Shown here: positions 16,281 through 21,106 of the stretch, piece by piece | Layout: the number at the start of each line of letters is the position of its first letter | Position numbering within the stretch: the stretch's first letter is position 1 | From: Candidatus Undinarchaeota archaeon | Lineage (GTDB): Archaea > SpSt-1190 | Assembly (NCBI GenBank): GCA_964549355.1 | Contig: CAZJUS010000001.1 | Location: 1-21,106 of the forward strand | Reading direction: 5' to 3' | DNA: 21,106 nucleotides | The notes under the pieces: generated by a model | Told to the model about the DNA's origin: nothing | Database searches by the model: none | Seen by the model: the letters and a program-made list of their open reading frames with translations, nothing else | Program-made: the position numbers and the translations under genes

Positions 16281-16493
16281 TGCGGAGGGGGCAAACCTGA
16301 TGCCGTCTTCGGACGGTGGCCCCATAGATACGCCGGGCCCTGAAGCATCCAGGCAAACTGGGCTGTAACTGTCTGCGGTGCACCTCACCGGCCGACTATG
16401 GAAGCCAGGGGCCGTGATAAGTCCGACGATTCAGAGCGAAAGGGGAGTAAGTTGGGCGACGCACAGGTCCACGCCAGGGCCCAGTCCTCTGCA
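16281..16493 (+). ncRNA. Candidate structured non-coding RNA, possibly a highly divergent SRP RNA
   Basis: Nested helices TGCGGAGG/CCTCTGCA, GGGCCCTG/CAGGGCCC, GCCGTC-TTCG-GACGGT, TCAC.GGCC/GGCC.GTGA, GTCCGAC/GTTGGGC; CATAAAT 29 nt upstream; hairpin plus T-run downstream. Confidence 0.55.
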
Positions 16494-16529
16494 CACCTCT
16501 GATTTTTCAGACTGGTGCGCTTATTTTTT
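16491..16529 (+). terminator. Hairpin plus T-rich run after the candidate RNA
   Basis: GCACACC-TCTGA-TTTT-TCAGA-CT-GGTGCGC followed by TTATTTTTT. Confidence 0.45.
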
Positions 16530-16826
16530 CAGCCCGAAGAAGCCGAACAGGCCGTAGAGAATGTAAAGGTTTGCGGAAAGCCAAAACCCCAGCACTCCGA
16601 AAACCCCCAGAAAGCCGATTTTCCAAATATCTGCAGGCTCTCTTCTTCTCCAGTAGGTGAACAGATTGACGGCCAGCGAGGCCAGGAATCCAAGCGCCAT
16701 GGCAAGTGACATAAAAAAGAAGGCGACGCCCACGGGTTCGAAGAGGGCGCCTCCGAAATTATGCACCGCAACGCACAGGAAAAAACCAACCAAACAGATA
16801 TACGCTGCGAGGGTGCCTTTTTCCAT
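16521..16826 (-). CDS. Small multi-TM protein with Gly/Phe-rich C-terminus (DUF3796-like)
   Basis: MEKGTLAAY...IGFLGVFGVLGFW...YGLFGFFGLKK; TTTATA 28 nt upstream of ATG 16826. The ORF's longer upstream part is antisense to the MazG-like gene. Confidence 0.7.
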   Translation of the reverse strand: MEKGTLAAYICLVGFFLCVAVHNFGGALFEPVGVAFFFMSLAMALGFLASLAVNLFTYWRRREPADIWKIGFLGVFGVLGFWLSANLYILYGLFGFFGLKK

Positions 16827-16830
16827 ACAA

Positions 16831-16856
16831 CTGCCAGACCGGGCAGCATATAAACA
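16831..16856. promoter_or_regulatory. Shared bidirectional TATA box with an adjacent inverted repeat
   Basis: CATATAAA lies 26 nt before ATG 16875 (+) and 28 nt before ATG 16826 (-); CTGCC-N6-GGCAG at 16831-16846. Confidence 0.5.
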
Positions 16857-16874
16857 CCACCCATAGTTTTTTTT

Positions 16875-17174
16875 ATGGAAGTCCGCGAATTCCAAAGGCT
16901 TTGTGTGGATACAGTTGATAATGTAGATGCCAAGTTCGGCCATGAAAGAACGGACGTTTTCGCAGTGGCCCATCTGTCCGAGGAGTTCGGCGAACTTGTC
17001 CACGCTGTGAACCTCAGGGGCATCAAAAATAAGACGCCGGAGAAGATGGTGCTGGAAGACGAGTTTGCAGACGTGCTTTTGCTCCTGGCCAAGCTGGCCG
17101 ATATGTTCGATGTGGATTTCGAGAAGGCTGTCAGAGGCAAAATTGACATCCTGAAGGAGAGGGGGTATATATGA
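16875..17174 (+). CDS. MazG-like all-alpha NTP pyrophosphohydrolase
   Basis: LSEEFGEL and LEDEFADV (EExxE...ExxD) motifs; 99 aa. Confidence 0.88.
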   Translation: MEVREFQRLCVDTVDNVDAKFGHERTDVFAVAHLSEEFGELVHAVNLRGIKNKTPEKMVLEDEFADVLLLLAKLADMFDVDFEKAVRGKIDILKERGYI

Positions 17175-17851
17175 ACACCGCAACCGACGGCAGGAAGAAG
17201 TGGGTCGCCCCGGAAGGAGGCAGGATAGCCACCCCTAAAGGTTTTGTGGACCCAAAGAAGCCTCCTGCGGGCATGAGTGTTTTTCCCGCCAGCTTCCTTG
17301 ACGTGCTTTCAACTTTCAGGAAAGAACCGCAGGCCATCCTTCCCAGGGATGCCGGCCAGATTGTGGCTTTGACCGGCCTCGCCCCCGGCTGGAAGACCGT
17401 GGAGGCGGGCTCCGGCTCAGGCTTCATGACCTGCTGGCTGGCCCGCCTGGTCGGAGAGGAGAACCTGGTCAGCTATGAGCTCCGCCCTGAATTCCAGAAG
17501 CTCGCGAAGGCCAACGCACTCAAGGCAGGGTTCAAAAACATCCGCTTCAAGCTCGGGGATGTCTTCCAGATGGACGAGACCGGCCTTGACCTGCTTTTGT
17601 TTGACCTGCCCAACCCATGGGACGGGGTTGAAGCTGCGAAGCGCGCCCTCAAGCCCGGAGGATACTGGGTGTGCTACCTGCCGACTGTGGTGCAGGTCCA
17701 GCAGTGGCTTGAAGCTTCCCGGGAAGGCTTCTTTGAGCACCGCGTAGTCCAGACCATACAGCTTGAATGGAAGACGGGCAGGCGGACGCTGAGGCCTGAA
17801 AGTGCAGGCGTAATTCACACTGCCTTCCTCTGCGTGGCCCGCAGGCTGTGA
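17171..17851 (+). CDS. trmI: tRNA (adenine-N1)-methyltransferase (m1A57/58)
   Basis: PQAILPRD, VEAGSGSG, SYELRPEF, FDLPNPW, YLPTVVQV, LRP....HTAFL. Confidence 0.9.
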   Translation: MNTATDGRKKWVAPEGGRIATPKGFVDPKKPPAGMSVFPASFLDVLSTFRKEPQAILPRDAGQIVALTGLAPGWKTVEAGSGSGFMTCWLARLVGEENLVSYELRPEFQKLAKANALKAGFKNIRFKLGDVFQMDETGLDLLLFDLPNPWDGVEAAKRALKPGGYWVCYLPTVVQVQQWLEASREGFFEHRVVQTIQLEWKTGRRTLRPESAGVIHTAFLCVARRL

Positions 17852-17928
17852 TGCCTGCGGATTCATAAAACAGGCTTTAGAAATTTATCATATAATATAT
17901 ATGTGGCAATCTATGGATTCGAGCCTAG

Positions 17929-17963
17929 CAAGGTATATATCCTTCTATGATTGAAGAATCATA
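17929..17963 (+). promoter_or_regulatory. nrdD promoter (BRE/TATA) with a perfect palindromic operator candidate
   Basis: CAAGG-TATATAT at 17929-17940, followed by TATGATT-GAAG-AATCATA at 17946-17963. Confidence 0.55.
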
Positions 17964-18013
17964 TCGCGTTCGCGCTGGAAATTTGAAGACCTATTTTAGG
18001 GAAGGTGAAAAAT

Positions 18014-19759
18014 GTGAGGCAAGATTGGTGGGATTCCATAACCCTGGTGGAAGGATTCCTGGAAAAGCTGGATTGGCGTATCAGGGAGAATGCCAATATG
18101 ACTTATTCACTCCAAGCCATGAATTTTTTTGTCTCATCGGAGATAACCAAGAGGTATTGGCTCTCCAAAGTCTACCCTAAAGAGGCTTCCAAGATGCATA
18201 TGGAGGGGTTTTTCCACATCCATGACATGGGCACCTTGTCCACCTACTGCGTCGGGTGGGATTTGGCTGATTTGATAAAAGTAGGCTTCAAAGGGGTGCC
18301 CGGAAAGATAGCCAGCCGGCCTGCCAAGCACTACAGGACTCTGCTGGGGCAGGCGGTTAATTTCATGTACACCCTCCAGGGGGAGTCCGCAGGCGCCCAG
18401 GCCTTCAGCGATTTTGACATCCTCCTTGCACCTTTTGTCCGGGCCGACAGGCTCAGCTACAAAGAGGTGAAGCAGGGCATGCAGGAGTTTGTGTACAATA
18501 TGAACGTCCCCACCCGCGTAGGCTTCCAGACCCCCTTCACCAACCTCACCATGGACGTTACGGTCCCCAGCTTCTATCAGGAGGCGCCGGTGATTATTGG
18601 AGGCAGGGAGACCGGCGATGTCTACGGTGATTTTGAAGATGAGATTGACATGGTGAACCGGGCGTTTGTTGAAGTGATGACTGAAGGCGACGCCAAAGGC
18701 AGGCCGTTCACATTTCCCATCCCAACTTACAATGTTTCAAGGGAATGGGACTGGGACAGCGAGCTGAACCAGATGATAATGGACATGACTGCCAAATACG
18801 GCATACCTTATTTTGCTAATTTTGTGAACAGCGACCTGAAGCCTGACGATGTGCGGAGCATGTGCTGCAGGCTCAGGCTTGACACCCGGGAGTTGCGCAA
18901 GCGGGCCGGCGGGCTCTTTGCCAGCGCCCCTCTGACAGGCTCCATCGGCGTGGTGACACTCAACATGGGAAGAATCGGCTATCTGAGCAAGGAGGAAAGC
19001 CAATTCATGGCCTATGTCGACGACCTGATGAGGATTGCCAAAGAAGCTTTGATAGTGAAGCGCAACTTCCTGGAAAAGATGACGGGGAAAGGGCTGTATC
19101 CGTACTCCCAATTTTACCTCCGCCAGGTCAAGGAGCTGGAGGGTAAATACTGGTCGCACCATTTCAACACCATCGGCCTGATCGGCATGAATGAAGGGTT
19201 GCTGAATTTTATGGGTGAAGATATTTCGAAGCCCGATGCCAAAGCCTTTGCAGAGAAAGTGCTTGACAGGATGCTTGAAAATTTAAAGCAGTTCCAGGAG
19301 GAGACAGGCATCATTTTCAATCTGGAGGCGACTCCGGGGGAAGGGACCACCTACAGGTTTGCCCGTATAGACCGCCGGCAGTTTGGAAAGGACATTTTGA
19401 TGGCGGGGAAGAATGCACCTTACTACACCAATTCCACATGGCTCCCCGTCGACTACGACGGAGATGTGTTTGATGTATACTCCCACCAGGAGAGCCTCCA
19501 GCGGAGATACACCGGAGGCACAGTCATCCACACCTGGCTGGGCGAGGCTGCGGAGCCCGAGGCGGTTTCAAGTTTGGTCAGGAAAGCAGTCACCAATTTT
19601 GGAAGCCCTTATTACACTATCTCCCCCACATACAGTATCTGTCCGGTCCACGGCTACATTCCGGGCAGCCACGCTTATTGTCCTTACTCTCATGATTCAA
19701 ACGACTTGGTGAAGGCAGGTCTGATGAAGGAGGCAGGACTTGCAAAATTCAATATTTGA
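18014..19759 (+). CDS. nrdD: Class III (anaerobic) ribonucleoside-triphosphate reductase, large catalytic chain; no ATP-cone and no Gly-radical domain
   Basis: DWRIRENAN, HIHD, TYCVGW, FQTPFTN, PFTFPIPT, RSMCCRL, TGSIGVVT, EATPGEG, YTGGT, CPVHGY. AGGTGA RBS precedes GTG 18014 (ORF open from 18005). Confidence 0.95.
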   Translation: MRQDWWDSITLVEGFLEKLDWRIRENANMTYSLQAMNFFVSSEITKRYWLSKVYPKEASKMHMEGFFHIHDMGTLSTYCVGWDLADLIKVGFKGVPGKIASRPAKHYRTLLGQAVNFMYTLQGESAGAQAFSDFDILLAPFVRADRLSYKEVKQGMQEFVYNMNVPTRVGFQTPFTNLTMDVTVPSFYQEAPVIIGGRETGDVYGDFEDEIDMVNRAFVEVMTEGDAKGRPFTFPIPTYNVSREWDWDSELNQMIMDMTAKYGIPYFANFVNSDLKPDDVRSMCCRLRLDTRELRKRAGGLFASAPLTGSIGVVTLNMGRIGYLSKEESQFMAYVDDLMRIAKEALIVKRNFLEKMTGKGLYPYSQFYLRQVKELEGKYWSHHFNTIGLIGMNEGLLNFMGEDISKPDAKAFAEKVLDRMLENLKQFQEETGIIFNLEATPGEGTTYRFARIDRRQFGKDILMAGKNAPYYTNSTWLPVDYDGDVFDVYSHQESLQRRYTGGTVIHTWLGEAAEPEAVSSLVRKAVTNFGSPYYTISPTYSICPVHGYIPGSHAYCPYSHDSNDLVKAGLMKEAGLAKFNI

Positions 19760-19773
19760 AGGAGGGATAAAAA

Positions 19774-20001
19774 ATGTCTAAAGTATATGAACCGAACGAG
19801 TTTCCGGTAAGATGCGAGGTTTTCAGCAGAGTTGTTGGATACATAAGGCCAGTCAACCAATGGAATGACGGCAAGCAGGAGGAGTTCAGACAGCGGAAAA
19901 CCTTTGAAAGGACCACCAACGGCATAGGCAAAGCAACCCAGGCATTGGACGGACGAGTCAAGGTTGTTGCGGATGAACATCAAAATAGGGTCGCTCATTA
20001 A
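19774..20001 (+). CDS. Stand-alone NrdD glycyl-radical domain
   Basis: CEVFSRVVGYIRPVNQWNDGKQEEFRQRKTF is the NrdD C-terminal Gly-radical motif; own GGAGG RBS at 19761-19765. Confidence 0.9.
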   Translation: MSKVYEPNEFPVRCEVFSRVVGYIRPVNQWNDGKQEEFRQRKTFERTTNGIGKATQALDGRVKVVADEHQNRVAH

Positions 20002-20692
20002 GACAACTCTGATTGATTTCCCCGGCAAAGTAGCGTCCGTGGTTTTCTTCCAGGGGTGCAATTTCCGGTGCGGATACTGCTATAATATAGACGTGGTCCT
20101 GCCGGAGAGATTCGGTGAGCCCCGCAACACCAAAGAAGTCCTGGAGTTTTTGCAGGAAAGGAAGGCGCTCCTCGACGGCGTTGTCCTCCTTGGCGGCGAG
20201 CCCCTGATGCAGAAAGATATAATTGATTTTGCACAGCATGTAAAAGACCTGGGCCTTGCTGTCAAGCTGGACACCAACGGCAGTTTCCATGGCAAACTCA
20301 AAGCAATGATAGACCGGAATTTAGTTGATTATGTCGCCATGGATGTAAAAGCCCCGCTCGAGTATGAAAAATACTACGAGGTCGCCAAGTGCCCCGTTGA
20401 GGCTTTCAACAATGTCCTCAAAAGCATAGACCTGATAAAGCAGTCCGGCATCCCCTACGAATTCCGCACCACCATAGTCCCTGCAATGCTGAAACCCGAT
20501 GTCGCCCTCAGGATTGCAAGGCAGATTGCACCGGTCAAGAAATATGTGCTCCAGAACTTTTTTTCAGGTGCGGATGCCTATATAGACACCCGCTTCACAG
20601 ACATAAAGCCATATCCCATTTGGGAGCTGGAGGATGTGGCCAAGCAAATCAAAAACGAAAACCTGGCGGATGAAGTCCTGGTCAGAGAATGA
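19973..20692 (+). CDS. nrdG: Anaerobic RNR activating enzyme (radical SAM)
   Basis: LIDFPGK, GCNFRCGYCYN (CxxxCxxC), LGGEP, KLDTNGS, AMDVKAP, YEFRTT. Confidence 0.95.
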   Translation: MNIKIGSLIKTTLIDFPGKVASVVFFQGCNFRCGYCYNIDVVLPERFGEPRNTKEVLEFLQERKALLDGVVLLGGEPLMQKDIIDFAQHVKDLGLAVKLDTNGSFHGKLKAMIDRNLVDYVAMDVKAPLEYEKYYEVAKCPVEAFNNVLKSIDLIKQSGIPYEFRTTIVPAMLKPDVALRIARQIAPVKKYVLQNFFSGADAYIDTRFTDIKPYPIWELEDVAKQIKNENLADEVLVRE

Positions 20693-20732
20693 CCATTCAC
20701 AATCGTTTTAAGCTCCCAAAGAAAGAAACCTC

Positions 20733-21106
20733 ATGAAACTCCTGCTGATACATGCTGACAGCTTTGAGTACTGGGCCACCCGCAAGACCAAGATTGCGGA
20801 AGCCCTGGAAGGTCCGATTGCCGAGAACCGGTGCGTGGAGAATGCAACAGTAGTCTTCACTGCAGTGGAGCCCGGCGATTCTGGAAAAATCGAGCAGGCC
20901 GTTGCCGAAATCCGAAAGGTGATGGGCATGCAACACTCGGCGGAGTGCCTGCTTTACCCCTACGCCCACTTAAGCGAAAATCTTTCAAACCCCCGGGAAG
21001 CTGTTGAAGTCCTCAACAAAATGGCCGGGAATCTGGGCTGCAACAGGGCCCCCTTCGGCTGGTACAAAAAGTTCCACCTGCACGCCAAGGGCCACCCCAT
21101 GGCAGA
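20733..21106 (+). CDS. Archaeal-type ThrRS editing domain (DTD-like fold), truncated by the window edge; absent from the ORF track
   Basis: Own translation: MKLLLIHADSFEY...VVFTAVEPGD...LYPYAHLSENL...RAPFGWYKKFHLHAKGHPMA; TTTAA 26 nt upstream. Confidence 0.92.
   Translation, partial: MKLLLIHADSFEYWATRKTKIAEALEGPIAENRCVENATVVFTAVEPGDSGKIEQAVAEIRKVMGMQHSAECLLYPYAHLSENLSNPREAVEVLNKMAGNLGCNRAPFGWYKKFHLHAKGHPMA

Noticed and set aside
16288..16323. AACCTGAT (TPP-riboswitch-like) and CTGATG (hammerhead or box C-like) words
   Set aside because: No CUGAGA element, no CUGANGA/GAAA core geometry, no proper C/D box pair, and no downstream + strand gene to regulate.
16191..16388. 65-aa Cys-rich minus-strand ORF (MRCTADSY...CADCRFGKVY), extendable upstream through an in-frame TGA (possible selenocysteine or pseudogene)
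   Set aside because: No TATA box at the expected spacing, its 3' end runs over the PRC-gene promoter, it is antisense to the structured RNA candidate, and no family motif or SECIS is recognisable. Not fully excluded.
16827..17183. Upstream part of the 220-aa minus-strand ORF
   Set aside because: Antisense to the MazG-like gene; only the hydrophobic part from ATG 16826 has a promoter and protein-like character.
17889..17915. Bacterial NrdR boxes upstream of nrdD
   Set aside because: The AT-rich palindrome only loosely resembles acaCwAtATaTwGtg and no correctly spaced tandem pair is seen; kept only as a generic operator candidate.
19741..19776. Programmed frameshift or sequencing slip joining nrdD to the Gly-radical ORF
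   Set aside because: Stops occur in both frames (TGA 19757-59, TAA 19768-70) and there is a dedicated RBS; fusion would need two events.
1..21106. CRISPR arrays, tRNAs, rRNA, IS elements, inteins or introns in nrdD/rfcL, alternative genetic code
   Set aside because: No periodic direct repeats, cloverleaf/T-loop, transposase or intein motifs were seen; the recognised genes translate intact with TAA, TAG and TGA all used as stops.

Overview
Gene-dense archaeal chromosomal window; the lineage is probably DPANN-like, which is inference from gene content, divergence and compaction. No CRISPR array, tRNA, rRNA or mobile element was recognised. It encodes a catalytic-only ThrRS at the left end and the start of an archaeal ThrRS editing-domain protein at the right end. 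Between them lie three orphan genes, tmk, a membrane-anchored surface protein, rfcL, rpl35ae, DUF72, IPK-like, DUF460, an archaeosortase, RNase P RNA, a RecJ/GAN-type DHH protein, secF-secD, a nucleotidyltransferase-like protein, a PRC-barrel protein, MazG-like, trmI and a class III RNR operon. Highlights: (1) an unannotated ~213-nt structured RNA candidate at 16281-16493 with its own TATA-like box and terminator, possibly a very divergent SRP RNA; (2) NrdD split so that the glycyl-radical domain is a separate gene; (3) a type-M-like RNase P RNA with an extra helix; (4) probable split catalytic/editing ThrRS; (5) several intact ORFs whose catalytic signatures are substituted (IPK-like, DUF72, nucleotidyltransferase, SecD Asp->Asn); (6) a regular TATA-to-start spacing of 25-28 nt implying leaderless mRNAs. 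All family calls come from recognising motifs by eye; no searches were run.
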